Shown piece after piece: positions 30,547 through 41,272 of a stretch of DNA of 64,000 nucleotides. The notes below the pieces were generated by a model, which saw only the letters and a program-made list of their open reading frames with translations, searched no databases and was not told the DNA's origin. Both the position numbers and the translations under genes were made by a program. The stretch comes from an uncultured Acidobacteriota bacterium (lineage in GTDB: Bacteria; Acidobacteriota; Polarisedimenticolia; JACPZX01; DASXTC01). The stretch lies in contig CAWDYA010000008.1 of the NCBI GenBank assembly GCA_963806495.1, positions 321,114 through 385,113 on the forward strand, in the 5' to 3' direction. The stretch's first letter is position 1. Each line of letters begins with the position of its first letter.

Positions 30547-31184
30547 TGAAGCGCATCTCCGCCATCGTCGGCTTCATCGTGCTCGTCGGGATTGTCGGCT
30601 GCTCGCACCGTCCGCCGGTGCAGACGATCATGGTCCCGCCACGGTTCGATCTCACCCCGCACCAGATGATCGGTGTCATGGAGTTCGACTGCGACACGAA
30701 GGGGAAGCTGGCCCCGCTCGCCACGCGGCGGTTCACCGAGATGGCGCGCCGGGACCAGGGGATGCTGCGGATGGTGGATCTGGGCCCATCGCGCAAGGCG
30801 CTCCGAGCGGCCGGTCAGGCGGCCTGGACCCCCGCCTCCTACAAGGCGGTCGGCGCCGCGAACAACGTGCGGACGATCTTCTCCGGCAAGCTGTCGATCT
30901 CCAGCGTCCGGCCCGACATCCGCCTCTCTGGCGCGCTGCGATCGGGCCATGTCTCCGCGCACGTGGATGCCGAGCTGGTCGTGCAGCTCATCGAGACCGG
31001 AACCGGCGCATCGCTCTGGAGCGGCTCGGCCAGGGCCAGCGGCAGCCTCGGGCACATCAGCATGTTCCGGGGCGGTGAGTTCGTGTTCGACGCGGAGGAC
31101 CCCGACCAGGCATACGGTGCGCTCGTGGACTCACTGGTCGAGCAGGTGACGCGGGACTTCCGGGCGACCTGGGTCAGACAGTAG
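30547..31184 (+). CDS. lipoprotein of unknown function (212 aa)
   Basis: An AAGGAG RBS precedes a signal peptide with a lipobox (MKRISAIVGFIVLVGIVGCS). The gene sits directly downstream of the S8 protease. Confidence 0.7.
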
Positions 31185-31197
31185 CCCGCGGGCGAGG

Positions 31198-32274
31198 TCA
31201 GTGGATCAGCCCCTCGTACAACTCCTCGAGGTTGCGGTCCCACATCTCGTTCGGCAGGCCCACCTTCCGGCGGCCGAAGTGGATGCCGGCGATATCACCC
31301 ACCGCGAGGAACTGGATGTCTCCCTGCCGCCACATCCAGGTGCGGAACAGATGCCTGTGGGTCGGCGGGATGTCGCCCGGGTTCATCGGGAGCTGGACGA
31401 TACCGTTCGCGTACCAGACCCCGGCCATCGCGTTCGAGTTCAGGATCAGGATATTGCTCGCAAGCTCCTGCCAGTAGTTGTAGGTCGTGGTGCGGAGCAG
31501 ATTGTCGCTCATCGGCTCGTCCGGGGCCGGCCCCCACATCAGGGTCACGCTGCGCTTCGCGTCCATCGCGAGCGTCAGGTCCTGCCCCTTCTCGCGCGTG
31601 CTGGCGGGCCACCGGGAGGCCGCCATGTCGCTGCCCCCGAAGGCGGTCTGCACCCGGTACAGATCCAGCGGCCGCCAGGTGGCGGGATGCTCGTAGGCGA
31701 TGTCCACGTCGGGGATCTCGTAATGGTCGGTGAGCTCAGGGAAGGTCCCCACTGCCGCCTCCTTGTGACAGCGGACGGTGTGCGCCATGTCGGTGAGCCA
31801 CTGCATCAGCTCGGGCGGGGCGTTGGCCCTCAGGTCCATGTTGAGATCGGCGACGAACAGCCGGCCTGATTCCGGGCAGGACCAGACGATGTAGCGTGTC
31901 TTGAACTCCCCGTGCTGGGTCGTCGTCTCGAACATCACGGCCTCATGGGCCGGCAGCTTGACAGGCTCGGCCTTCAGGGGCCCGTCGAGCGTCAGCCCTT
32001 CCCAGAGACCGGTGACCACCTTTGCGGCATCGGCGGGATCGATCGGGCTCTTATGACCTTCGAGCGGCATCCAGTGCAGGTAGAACATCGGCCAGATCAC
32101 CTGCTCGGCCGAGGCGGTCCCCGAGGTCTCGTCCCCGCTCGTGCCGACCATGACCCACCAGGGCGCGTTGCGCCTGAGGCGTTCGATATCGATCCCCGGA
32201 TGGACGATCGGGGGGACGGCCACTGCGGCCGCGAGCAACGGGGCCGCGATGAGTGCGAGGAACCGTGGGAGCAT
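31198..32274 (-). CDS. hypothetical secreted protein (358 aa)
   Basis: A GGAGGA RBS precedes the signal peptide MLPRFLALIAAPLLAAAVAVPP. The upstream part of the 480-aa track ORF is Arg/Pro/Trp-rich non-coding frame. Confidence 0.6.
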   Translation of the reverse strand: MLPRFLALIAAPLLAAAVAVPPIVHPGIDIERLRRNAPWWVMVGTSGDETSGTASAEQVIWPMFYLHWMPLEGHKSPIDPADAAKVVTGLWEGLTLDGPLKAEPVKLPAHEAVMFETTTQHGEFKTRYIVWSCPESGRLFVADLNMDLRANAPPELMQWLTDMAHTVRCHKEAAVGTFPELTDHYEIPDVDIAYEHPATWRPLDLYRVQTAFGGSDMAASRWPASTREKGQDLTLAMDAKRSVTLMWGPAPDEPMSDNLLRTTTYNYWQELASNILILNSNAMAGVWYANGIVQLPMNPGDIPPTHRHLFRTWMWRQGDIQFLAVGDIAGIHFGRRKVGLPNEMWDRNLEELYEGLIH

Positions 32275-32338
32275 CGGGATTCTCCTCCGAGCGGCAATAT
32301 AGCAGCCGGCGCGGGGTTTCGCAGGCTCCCGGTGTGGA

Positions 32339-33076
32339 TCAGTAGAGATGGCGCCCCCCGTCCACCCGCAGGCACTCGCCCGTGACGAAGTCGGTCTGCA
32401 CCAGGAAAACCACCGCCCGGGCGATCTCCTCGGGGCCGCCCCAGCGCCCCAGGGGGGTGGCGGCGATGACCCGGCGGGCCTCCTCCTCGTCCATTCCGGC
32501 CGGGGGCAGAATGGGGCCGGGCGCGATCGCGTTGACCAGCACGTCCGGCGCCAGCTCGAGCGCCAGGCTCTCGGTGAGCCCCGCCACCGCGGCCTTGGCC
32601 GTGTAGTAGGGGGTGTAGCCTCGGTACCGGGGGCGATCACTGACGGCCAGCCAGTCGCTGAAGTTGACGATCCTCCCCCCGCCTCCCTTCTTCATGTGCG
32701 GCGCGGCCCGGATCGAGAACAGATAGGCGCTACGGGCGTTCGACCCGACCGCCTCGCTCCACGCCTCCGCGTCGAGCTCCTCGAAGGGCACGTTCCGGTA
32801 TGTCGAGGCCATGTTGATCAGGATGTCGAGCCGCCCGAAGTCGCCCGCGGCCTGATCGACCGCCGCCGACACGGCGGCCTCGTCGCGCGCGTCCACCCTG
32901 TAGGTGCCGGCGCGGACGCCGGCCGCGCGAGCGACCCCGGCGGCGGCCTCGGCCGCCTCGCGGGAGCCACGCCATGCCAGCGCCACCCCGCACCCGTGCC
33001 CCGCGAGGGCCCGCGCGACCGCCTCCCCCATGCGCGCGCCGCCCGTGATCAGCGCCACCTTGCCCTCGATCCGCAA
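32339..33076 (-). CDS. SDR-family short-chain dehydrogenase/reductase
   Basis: A TTG start sits 5 nt after a GGGAGG RBS. The Rossmann motif GKVALITGGARMGEAVA, the YxxxK motif (YTAKAAVAGL) and a NAIAPG segment are present. Confidence 0.75.
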   Translation of the reverse strand: MRIEGKVALITGGARMGEAVARALAGHGCGVALAWRGSREAAEAAAGVARAAGVRAGTYRVDARDEAAVSAAVDQAAGDFGRLDILINMASTYRNVPFEELDAEAWSEAVGSNARSAYLFSIRAAPHMKKGGGGRIVNFSDWLAVSDRPRYRGYTPYYTAKAAVAGLTESLALELAPDVLVNAIAPGPILPPAGMDEEEARRVIAATPLGRWGGPEEIARAVVFLVQTDFVTGECLRVDGGRHLY

Positions 33077-33188
33077 AGATGCCTCCCCGTCGTAGCGATT
33101 GATCCTATCATGGGCGGCGACCCCGGCAAGCCGGACCCGGCGCCGCCGCCGGCGCCGCGCGTTGCGGGAAGGGGGAGCGGGTGAGCCG

Positions 33189-33830
33189 ATGAGCAGGGTT
33201 CGCGAGATCTTCGACGAGTGGGCGCGCTCGGGACGTGCCGAAGGAATGGAGCAGGGCCACGGCCCGGCGGCCCGCAAGGCATTCGACCGGCTCCGGATCG
33301 GCGAGCGCAGCCGGTATCTCGACATCGGCTGCGGCAACGGTTACACCGTGCGCTGGGCCGCCGAGGCGGCGCCGCAGGGCCGGTGCGTTGGAATCGACGT
33401 CTCCGAGGAGATGATCGCCCGCGCCCGGAGCCTCTCGGCAACACAGCCCGGCGTCGTCTTCCGCGCGGGCTCCTTCCCGGGCGTGGAGCTGCCGGAGGCA
33501 CCGTTCGACGCCGTCTTCTCGATGGAGGTGTTCTACTACCTGCCCGACCTCGACGCCGCCCTCAAGGCGGTGCACGACCTGCTCGCGCCGGGCGGCCGGT
33601 TCGCCTGCGTGGTGGACTATTACGGCGAGAACACCGCCAGCCATTCCTGGCCGCAGGACCTCGGGGTCGAGATGACGCTGCTGGACTCGCAGGGCTGGGC
33701 CGACGCCTTCCGCCGCTCCGGTCTCGCCGTGGCCGAGCAGACACGCCTCAAGCTGCCGCGGAAGCGCGTCAAGCGTGACAACGCCTGGAAGGCGACGCAC
33801 GGCTCGCTGCTGACCCTCGGAGCACGGTAG
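33189..33830 (+). CDS. class I SAM-dependent methyltransferase
   Basis: The product has motif I (LDIGCGNGYTV) and post-I/II motifs (CVGIDVSEEMI, AVFSMEVFYYLPD). Confidence 0.75.
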   Translation: MSRVREIFDEWARSGRAEGMEQGHGPAARKAFDRLRIGERSRYLDIGCGNGYTVRWAAEAAPQGRCVGIDVSEEMIARARSLSATQPGVVFRAGSFPGVELPEAPFDAVFSMEVFYYLPDLDAALKAVHDLLAPGGRFACVVDYYGENTASHSWPQDLGVEMTLLDSQGWADAFRRSGLAVAEQTRLKLPRKRVKRDNAWKATHGSLLTLGAR

Positions 33831-33837
33831 CCCGGCC

Positions 33838-34719
33838 ATGCTCCCCGCCAGGGTGAGGATCATCGCGGCGGCCGCCCTGTTCTCCACCGGCGGCGCCGCG
33901 ATCAAGGCCTGCTCCCTCACCGCCCTGCAGGTGGCGTGCTTCCGATCCGGCATCGCGGCGCTGACGCTGCTGGCGCTGATGCCCTCCACGCGCAGGCGAT
34001 GGTCCTGGCGCACGCTGGTGGTCGGGGCCGCCTACGCGGCCACCATGATCTTCTTCGTGCAGGCCAACAAGCTGACCACGGCGGCCAGCGCGATCTTCCT
34101 GCAGTCCACCGCGCCGCTGTACCTGCTCCTGCTCGGCCCCTGGCTCCTGCGCGAGCCGGTGAGACGCCGTGACATCGTTTTCATGGCGGCGCTGGGGGCC
34201 GGTCTCGCGCTGTTCTTCGTCGGCGTGGACCCGATGGGGGCAAGCGCCCCCGCGCCGATGGCGGGCAACATCTTCGGGCTGCTGTGCGGCGTGAGCTGGG
34301 CGCTGACCGTCACCGGCCTGCGCTGGGCGGCGCGCGGCGACGGCCCCGGCGGAGGTCCGGACGGGGTCACCACCGCGGCGTTGATGGTCTTCGCCGGCAA
34401 CACTATCGCCTGTCTCGTCTGCCTTCCGGGAGCGCTGCCGCTGTCGGGAGCGACCCTCGCGGACGGCGTCACCGTGCTGTATCTCGGCGTGTTCCAGATC
34501 GCGGTCGCCTACATCCTGCTGACCGGCGGCATGAGGCACGTCCTGGCGCTGGAGGCGTCGTTGCTGCTGCTCGTCGAGCCGGTGCTCAACCCGGTATGGG
34601 CCTGGCTGGTGCAGAGCGAGACACCCGGCCCGTGGACCCTGGCGGGCGGCGGGATCATCCTCGGCGCCACCGCATTGAGGACCTGGAGCGACGCTCGCCG
34701 GGCGCGCGCGCTCGTGTGA
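33838..34719 (+). CDS. EamA/DMT-superfamily transporter
   Basis: The protein has ten transmembrane helices in the two-repeat EamA pattern (AAALFSTGGAAIKA ... LLVEPVLNPVWAWLV). Confidence 0.8.
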   Translation: MLPARVRIIAAAALFSTGGAAIKACSLTALQVACFRSGIAALTLLALMPSTRRRWSWRTLVVGAAYAATMIFFVQANKLTTAASAIFLQSTAPLYLLLLGPWLLREPVRRRDIVFMAALGAGLALFFVGVDPMGASAPAPMAGNIFGLLCGVSWALTVTGLRWAARGDGPGGGPDGVTTAALMVFAGNTIACLVCLPGALPLSGATLADGVTVLYLGVFQIAVAYILLTGGMRHVLALEASLLLLVEPVLNPVWAWLVQSETPGPWTLAGGGIILGATALRTWSDARRARALV

Positions 34720-34756
34720 TAATGCCGCGGTTCCCGCACCGCCTGCCGGGAGAGAC

Positions 34757-37564
34757 ATGAAGACGACCACACGACTCACCGCGCCGATCACGCTTCTCGC
34801 CGCCGGCCTGCTCGCTGCTCTCACGTGGGGCGCGGCCGACGACAATCCGTACGCACCGGATCGCCCCGAGCCGGGCTCGGTGGAGGCGATCGCCGGGTTC
34901 ACCACCGAGCCGAGGTTCTCCAGCCCGCTCGTGGCGTACGTCCCCGACTCGGCCACCGTCCCCTCACCCACGCGGTACCTGGGCCACGTGACGGGCGCGG
35001 CCGGCGAGCTGACCCGCACGGAGAAGATCTACGACTACTTCCGCGAGCTGGACCGGGCCTCGGAGCGGGTGCGCGTCTTCCGGATCGGCACGAGCGAGGA
35101 AGGACGCGAGATCCTGCTGGCGGCGATCGCCGACGAGGAGGGGATCCGGGATCTCGACCGGCTCGAGGCCGCCACCGCGGCGCTCGCCGATCCACGGACC
35201 ACGAGCCCCGCCGAGGCGGAGCGGATCATCGCCACGGCCCGCCCGTTCTACTACTTCAATGCCGGGCTGCACTCGGTGGAGACGGGCCCTCCGGAGATGG
35301 TGATGGAGCTGGCGTATCGTCTCGCTGTGTCCGAGCAGCCGATGATCCGTCGGATACGCCGCAACGTCGTCGTGCTGATCAACCCGGTCTCGGAGCCCGA
35401 CGGGCACGACAAGATGGTCGACTGGTTCTACCGGTACCTCAAGGGGAAGACCGACTACGGGAACCTCCCGGAGATCTCGCCGCCCTACTGGGGCTACTAC
35501 GTCAAGCACGACAACAACCGCGACACCCACCAGCGCGCGCTGGCGCTGACGCGGGCAGTGGCCGGGATGTTCTTCGACTACCACCCCGTGGTGGTGCACG
35601 ATCTGCACGAGTCGATCCCGCTGCTGCACACCTGGAACGGCACCGGCCCCTACAACGCGCATCTGGATCCGATCGTCACGAGCGCGTGGCTCGAGATGTC
35701 GTTCTACGAGGTCACGTCGATGACCGCCATGGGGATGCCCGGAGTCTGGACCTGGGGGTTCGGAGAGTCGTGGGGGCTGCACTATCTCGACTCGGTCGCC
35801 AGCAACCACAACGGCATCGGACGCGGCTACGAGACGTTCGGCAACCACACCGCCGAGACGGTCGAGCGTACGCTGCGACCGTCCGAGGAGCAGTACGCCG
35901 GCGAGCCGGTGACGGCGAAGGAATGGTACCGACCGTGGCCGCCGGACCGCAAGTTCCGCTGGTCGCTGCGCGACAACACGAACTACATGGAGACCGCCTG
36001 CCTGACGATCCTCGACTGGAGCGCAGGCAACGCCGCCCGGCTCCTGCGCGACTTCTATCGCACCGGGTACAACTCATGGCAGAAGGGGCTGCACGAGAGC
36101 CCCCGCGCCTACGCGATCCCGGAGGATCAGGGGGACCGCCGCCGCGTCGCCCAGATGGTCAACCTCCTCAGGGATCAGCGCATCGAGGTGTCGCGTGCCT
36201 CCAGGCCGTTCACCGTCAAGGAGGGAGCCTTCGATCCGGGGACCTTCATCGTCCGGCTCGACCAGCCCTACCGCAACTACGCGGTGGATCTACTCTCGCC
36301 CCAGCATTACCCGCACGATGCGAAGTTCGAGCCTTATGACGACGTCTCGTGGGCCTTCCCGGTCAACTTCGGTCTCGAGGCGATCCCGATCGACGACGAG
36401 CGGATCGCCACCGTCGCCGTCACACCGGTCGACGCCGAAGTGCAGGTATCGGGTCGCGTCACGGGCCGCGGCCCCGTCTTCCTCCTGAAGGACACCGGCC
36501 AGGAGGCGCTGCTGGCCGCACGGTACCGTCTCGCCCGCTACGATGTCGAGATCGCCGAGGAGTCCTTCGAGACGGGAGGCGTGCGCTACCCGGCCGGCTC
36601 CTGGATCCTCCCGGCGCGGGACGGTCTGTCCGATGCGCTCGCGCGCGTGTCGGGAGAGCTGGGGCTCGATTTCGACGGCGTCCGGGACGCCCCCACCGTG
36701 GCGCGACACCCCGCGCCGCCGCCGCGGATCGCCTTGTGGCACACATGGGCCGACACCGAGACGGTGGGATGGGTGCGGTACGTGCTCGACCAGGAGGAGA
36801 TCCCGTACACCTACATCCGCGACGAGGACATCGTCGCAGGCGGGCTCCATGACCAGTTCGACGTCATCGTCTACGGCGACGTCTCCCTCCCGCTCAAGGA
36901 TCAGATCCACGGTATCGACCCCAGGTTCGGGCCGATGCCGTATCGCCGCACGGCGCAGACCCCGAGTTTCGGCGTTCCCGACGGGTCGGACGACATCACC
37001 GGGGGGATCGGGTGGCGCGGGATGGCCAGCCTGGCCTCGTACCTGGACGCGGGTGGCCTGCTGGTCACGCTGGGCAACGCCTCGGCGCTGCCCCTCGAGG
37101 GTGGCCTCGTCAGAGACGTGAGCCTGTCGGACGCGAGCCCGGCCACACCGGGGGCCGAGATCGCCGTGCGGTTCACCCGCCCGGACCACCCGCTCGCCTA
37201 CGGCTACCCGGATGTCACGTCGGTGTTCCGCGCCGACCTCGCCGTCTACGACGTGGCGCCGCCCGAGAGGCACTGGATGGTGATGCAGTGGGGGACGCGA
37301 GAGGACGAGCCGGACGAGCGGGCCACGACCTCGGGAGACCAGGAGGCCGCGGCGGAATCGATGGTGATCAGCGGCGGCGGTCGCGATCTCGAGGCGCTGG
37401 AAGGACACCCCGCGATCCTCGACGTCCCCGCGGGAGCGAAGGGGCAGGGGCGGCTGCTCGCCTACAACTTCAACCCGATCCACCGGAACCTGAACCGCTC
37501 CGACTACCGGCTCCTCTGGAACGCGATCCTCAACTGGCACGCCCTGCCGCCCGCGCAGCGGTAG
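34757..37564 (+). CDS. secreted M14-family zinc carboxypeptidase-like protein (935 aa)
   Basis: A signal peptide (MKTTTRLTAPITLLAAGLLAALTWGAA) leads into an M14-like region (HSVETGPPEMVMELAYRL, NPVSEPDGHDKMV, VVHDLHES), followed by a long C-terminal extension. Confidence 0.7.
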   Translation: MKTTTRLTAPITLLAAGLLAALTWGAADDNPYAPDRPEPGSVEAIAGFTTEPRFSSPLVAYVPDSATVPSPTRYLGHVTGAAGELTRTEKIYDYFRELDRASERVRVFRIGTSEEGREILLAAIADEEGIRDLDRLEAATAALADPRTTSPAEAERIIATARPFYYFNAGLHSVETGPPEMVMELAYRLAVSEQPMIRRIRRNVVVLINPVSEPDGHDKMVDWFYRYLKGKTDYGNLPEISPPYWGYYVKHDNNRDTHQRALALTRAVAGMFFDYHPVVVHDLHESIPLLHTWNGTGPYNAHLDPIVTSAWLEMSFYEVTSMTAMGMPGVWTWGFGESWGLHYLDSVASNHNGIGRGYETFGNHTAETVERTLRPSEEQYAGEPVTAKEWYRPWPPDRKFRWSLRDNTNYMETACLTILDWSAGNAARLLRDFYRTGYNSWQKGLHESPRAYAIPEDQGDRRRVAQMVNLLRDQRIEVSRASRPFTVKEGAFDPGTFIVRLDQPYRNYAVDLLSPQHYPHDAKFEPYDDVSWAFPVNFGLEAIPIDDERIATVAVTPVDAEVQVSGRVTGRGPVFLLKDTGQEALLAARYRLARYDVEIAEESFETGGVRYPAGSWILPARDGLSDALARVSGELGLDFDGVRDAPTVARHPAPPPRIALWHTWADTETVGWVRYVLDQEEIPYTYIRDEDIVAGGLHDQFDVIVYGDVSLPLKDQIHGIDPRFGPMPYRRTAQTPSFGVPDGSDDITGGIGWRGMASLASYLDAGGLLVTLGNASALPLEGGLVRDVSLSDASPATPGAEIAVRFTRPDHPLAYGYPDVTSVFRADLAVYDVAPPERHWMVMQWGTREDEPDERATTSGDQEAAAESMVISGGGRDLEALEGHPAILDVPAGAKGQGRLLAYNFNPIHRNLNRSDYRLLWNAILNWHALPPAQR

Positions 37565-37571
37565 CGGCCCC

Positions 37572-39110
37572 TCAGCGGGCGATGTGCCCGGGATCGCCGA
37601 GATTCAGGAGACGTTCCGTCCAGAGGTTGGTCAGCCGCTCCTGCGCGTTGTTCTGCCGGAGCCGCTGGTTCAGGAACGACCAGTCCACCCGGTCGGCCGA
37701 CTGGTCCTGGTTGAAGCAGGAGAAGACGATCGTCGCCTCGCCGGTCTCCTGGCAGACATGCCGCTGGAGGCACTGCGCGCAGACCTCCTTCATCATGCAC
37801 TGCATGGGCGAGTTGATGCTGGCGATGGCCGTGTGGCCCGGCTTCAGATAGGGCGCCAGCACGCCGTGACGCGCGCGGGTGACGGCGGCCATCATGACGT
37901 CCGATCCGATCACCACGATCCGGTCGCACTCGGCGAGCGGGATCAACTGCTCGCCCAGATCTCCCGAGGCGTATGCCACCATGGCCTGCACGATGTTGCA
38001 CACGACGGTGCGATCCTGCGGGCGCCTCGCCGGGATCGGCTCCCCCTTGTCCACCGCGTACACCACGACGTCGGTGTTCGCCTCGATCTCCTCACGCTTG
38101 AAGAAGTCGCCCGGCTTCTTGTAGCCGGCGAAGTAGATCACGCGGCAGCCCGCCTCCTTCATCCCCTTGGCGATCGAGAACAGCACCGCGTTGCCGAGCC
38201 CGCCGCCGGCGAGCAGCACCGTCTCTCCCGGCACGATCTCGGTGGGCGCGCCGGTGGGGCCCATCACGATCACCTCTTCGCCGGGCTTCAGCCGGTTGCA
38301 CAGCCGCGAGCTGGAGCCGAGCTCGAGCGCGATGAGCGAGAGCAGGCCCTGGTCGCGGTCGACCCAGGCGCCGGTCAGGGCGAGCGGCTCGATCAGCATC
38401 GGCGTCCCTTCGACCACCTGGGAGGTCGACTCGTAGTTCTGGAGACGATAGAACTGACCCGGATGGAAGTTGCGTGCCGCGCGCGGCGCCCGGACCACCA
38501 CCTCGATGATCGTCGGGGTGAGGCGGTTCACCCGGGTGACGACGCACTTGAGCTCGTCGTCCATGCGGCGCCACAGCCGCGCCAGGCGCTCCTCGCGCTC
38601 GGCCAGCTCACCCTGGCGCGCCGCGGCGATCCGCTCCGTGAACAGCGCGGCGATGTGCGGCGCCCCGTCCTTGGCCGAGGCCATCGCCTTCACCACGTTG
38701 CCCGCATATTTCGGATGGTTGTCGCCGAAGAACGACACGAGTCGGCCTTCGCTGTTGTACGAAGTAAAGAAGCCACCCTGCCCCGGCTCCGACGGCTGCA
38801 GCGCGGGAGCGCCGTCGACGAGCGTGGCGCTGTACGCACGGAAGAACTTGCCGCGATCATCGAGCTCGAAGGTCCCCCGGTGCTCCTTCTCGTAGGTGAC
38901 GTTGGGGCTCGTCCCGGCCGCGACCATGCAGGCTCGAGCCGGCAGGGTCACCGTCCCGCCCCCCTTCTTCTCGAATACCATCGCGCTCAGATGCCCGTGC
39001 TCGTCGGGCACCGCCTCGATCGGCGAAAGACCCTCGGCGAAACCGATCCCCTCCTCGAGGGACTTGATGACCTCCTCGTGGTTGAGCCGGTAGGCGGGCG
39101 AGTCGGCCAT
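37572..39110 (-). CDS. FNR/PyrK-like FAD/NAD(P)-binding electron-transfer domain protein with a C-terminal Cys cluster. It is probably the C-terminal part of a fusion with the upstream GltD-like gene.
   Basis: An oxidoreductase FAD/NAD-binding fold (RVNRLTPTIIEVVV...GQFYRL; VLLAGGGLGNAVLFSIAKGM) is followed by a C-terminal CMMKEVCAQCLQRHVC...FSC cluster. There is no convincing RBS, and the upstream ORF's sense passes into this frame. Confidence 0.7.
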   Translation of the reverse strand: MADSPAYRLNHEEVIKSLEEGIGFAEGLSPIEAVPDEHGHLSAMVFEKKGGGTVTLPARACMVAAGTSPNVTYEKEHRGTFELDDRGKFFRAYSATLVDGAPALQPSEPGQGGFFTSYNSEGRLVSFFGDNHPKYAGNVVKAMASAKDGAPHIAALFTERIAAARQGELAEREERLARLWRRMDDELKCVVTRVNRLTPTIIEVVVRAPRAARNFHPGQFYRLQNYESTSQVVEGTPMLIEPLALTGAWVDRDQGLLSLIALELGSSSRLCNRLKPGEEVIVMGPTGAPTEIVPGETVLLAGGGLGNAVLFSIAKGMKEAGCRVIYFAGYKKPGDFFKREEIEANTDVVVYAVDKGEPIPARRPQDRTVVCNIVQAMVAYASGDLGEQLIPLAECDRIVVIGSDVMMAAVTRARHGVLAPYLKPGHTAIASINSPMQCMMKEVCAQCLQRHVCQETGEATIVFSCFNQDQSADRVDWSFLNQRLRQNNAQERLTNLWTERLLNLGDPGHIAR

Positions 39111-41241
39111 CGTCTTGCGATAGCAGAATCGTCACGCCGCCCCAGCCGGTCACAAGACGCGCGAGTTCGGGCCGCTCGCCCGCGGTGGCGGCACGCTCCC
39201 GCTCGTGGCGCACGGCGCGGCCGTGCTCGAGGAACTCGTCGAGGATCTCCAGCTCCTCGGGGCGGAAGTCGACGCGCACCGCCGCCTCGCCGTGCTTGGC
39301 GGCCAGCGTCTCGTAACGATGCAGGATTTTCTCCACCTGCACCGGGTAGTAGGCCATCAGCTCGGTCGCGGTGTCGATCGCCGTGAGGCCGCCCCCGATA
39401 ACGAGGGCCGGAAGCCGCACCTGGAGATTGGCCAGCGAGTTGCGCTTGAAGGCTCCGGTGAGCTGCAGACCCATGAGGAAGTCGCTGGCCTCGCGGACCC
39501 CCCGCAGCAGGCTGTTCTTCATGTCGATGATGGTGGGCTTGCCCGCCCCCGCGGCGATCGCGACGTGGTCGAAGCCGAGATCCCACGCCTCGTCGACCGT
39601 CAGGGTGCCGCCGAACCGGATGCCGCCGTACAGCCGCACCTTGCGCCTCCGCGCCAGGTTGAGATGCAGCACGGCGAGGAAGTTCTTGTCCCACCGCACC
39701 GTGATGCCGTACTCCGACACCCCGCCGAAGCCGACCAGGGGCCGGCTGTCCAGCCGCCTGTACAGCGACCGGACGTCCTTGACAGGCTTCGGGCACCGCC
39801 CGCCGGCGCCCGTCAGGTCGTCCGGAAGCGGTTCGATCTTGAGTCCGTCGATCCCCACCACGGCGAACCCGTCGTTGGCCAGGTGGTGCGCCAGCGTGTA
39901 GCCGGCCGGGCCGAGCCCCACGACCAGGACGTTGTACCCGTTGTAGGGCAGCGCGTGCGGCCTTCTCACGTTGAGCGGGTTCCAGCGCGTGAGCAGGCTG
40001 TAGATCTCGAAGCCGTACGGCAGGTCGAGGACATCGGTCAGGATCCCGGTCTCGATCTGGGGAATGTTCACCGGGTCCTGTTTCTGGTAGATGCACGCCT
40101 TCATGCAGTCGTTGCAGATCCGGTGGCCGGTGCCCGGCGCCATCGGGTTGTCGATCGCGATCAGCGCGAGCGCGGCCAGCGAGTCGCCGCGGCTCTTCAT
40201 CAGATGGGCCTCGGAGATCTTCTCGTCCAGAGGGCATCCGGTCAGCGGGATCCCGAGCGGATTCGGCTTGTAGCCGCCCTGCGGCAGCGTGAACCCCTTC
40301 GTGCAGGAGTCCTTGTCGCGCTCGTGGCAGAAGATGCAGTAGTGGGCCTCGGCGAGCACCTCGCGAGGCTCCATCCGTGAGTCGGTCAGCGTGAACCCGT
40401 CGCGGCGGCGCCGGTGCTCGACCGGGCCCATCGCCAGACCGGGCAGATCCCGTCGCGGGCGGATCACCTTGACCAGACGCTGGTGATCCACCGGACGCGG
40501 CACACGCAGCGAGGCCCAGCCGTGATACAGCGACGAAGGGCCCCGTTCGGCGTCGCCCAGCAGGGCCGCCGTGTACCGCTCGGCATCGGCGAGCTGCCGC
40601 CTGACGTCCGCGGCCGCCTCCGGATCCGGCGGCACCGCCTTCGCGAGCTCACCCTCGCGATCGAGCAGCGCGCAGACATGCTGCGCGAGAGCCATCTCCG
40701 GATCCATCGCGACCATCAGGCCGGCCAGCTCGCCCGGCCACTCGACCGTGGCGCCGGAGAGCATCGGGTACGGCTCGCGGGCCGTGGGCCCGTAGCGCTT
40801 GGCCACACGGCGCTGAACGAACTCGCGGCGGAACCGCACCACCGGCTCCTCCGCTGCCGCGCGTCCCGCCAGGGCGGTCATCTCGGCCTCGATGCCGAAC
40901 ATCCTGCCCAGGAAACGGCTGAGCCACGGCGCCACCGTTACCAGGGCGTCGGAGCACTCGACGGGGCCCATCGACTCGAATTCCGACCGGTACCGCTTCA
41001 GGGTCTCGAACGCCGCGCGATCGTGGTCCTTCAGGTAGTCGTCGAAGGCCCGTGCCAGATCGGGCAGACGATGAACATCGTGCAGATCGCCGAAACGGAA
41101 ACCCGCGATCCCGAGGTCGAAGTCATGGCCGGCCTCGTCCGGGCCACCGCTTGCGGGCGGTCTTGTGCTGTTGAGCAGAGATTCGGGGTTCAACGGACGT
41201 CTCCAGAAAGAGCCTGAATAATACGATCTCGCGGCCGGCAT
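39110..41241 (-). CDS. glutamate-synthase-small-subunit-like (GltD-like) FAD/NAD(P) 4Fe-4S oxidoreductase with an N-terminal extension of about 300 aa. Its 3' end is frameshifted into the downstream gene.
   Basis: The product carries HYCIFCHERDKDSCTKGF...GCPLDEKI...CNDCMKAC (Fe-S), VLVVGLGPAGYTLAHHLA (FAD) and ALVIGGGLTAIDTATE (NAD). The track ORF (38857..41793) continues as an implausible RG-rich tail beyond about 39110. The ATG sits at 41241. Confidence 0.75.
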
Positions 41242-41272
41242 TGCATCCCCGGCCCCCCGGGCGGGCTGTCGG

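Noticed and set aside
27060-31184. 1374-aa ORF suggesting an S8 protease fused to the downstream lipoprotein
   Set aside because: The segment between 30180 and 30540 is out-of-frame read-through. The protease sense shifts to frame +1 and ends at 30459. The lipoprotein has its own RBS and signal peptide at 30547.
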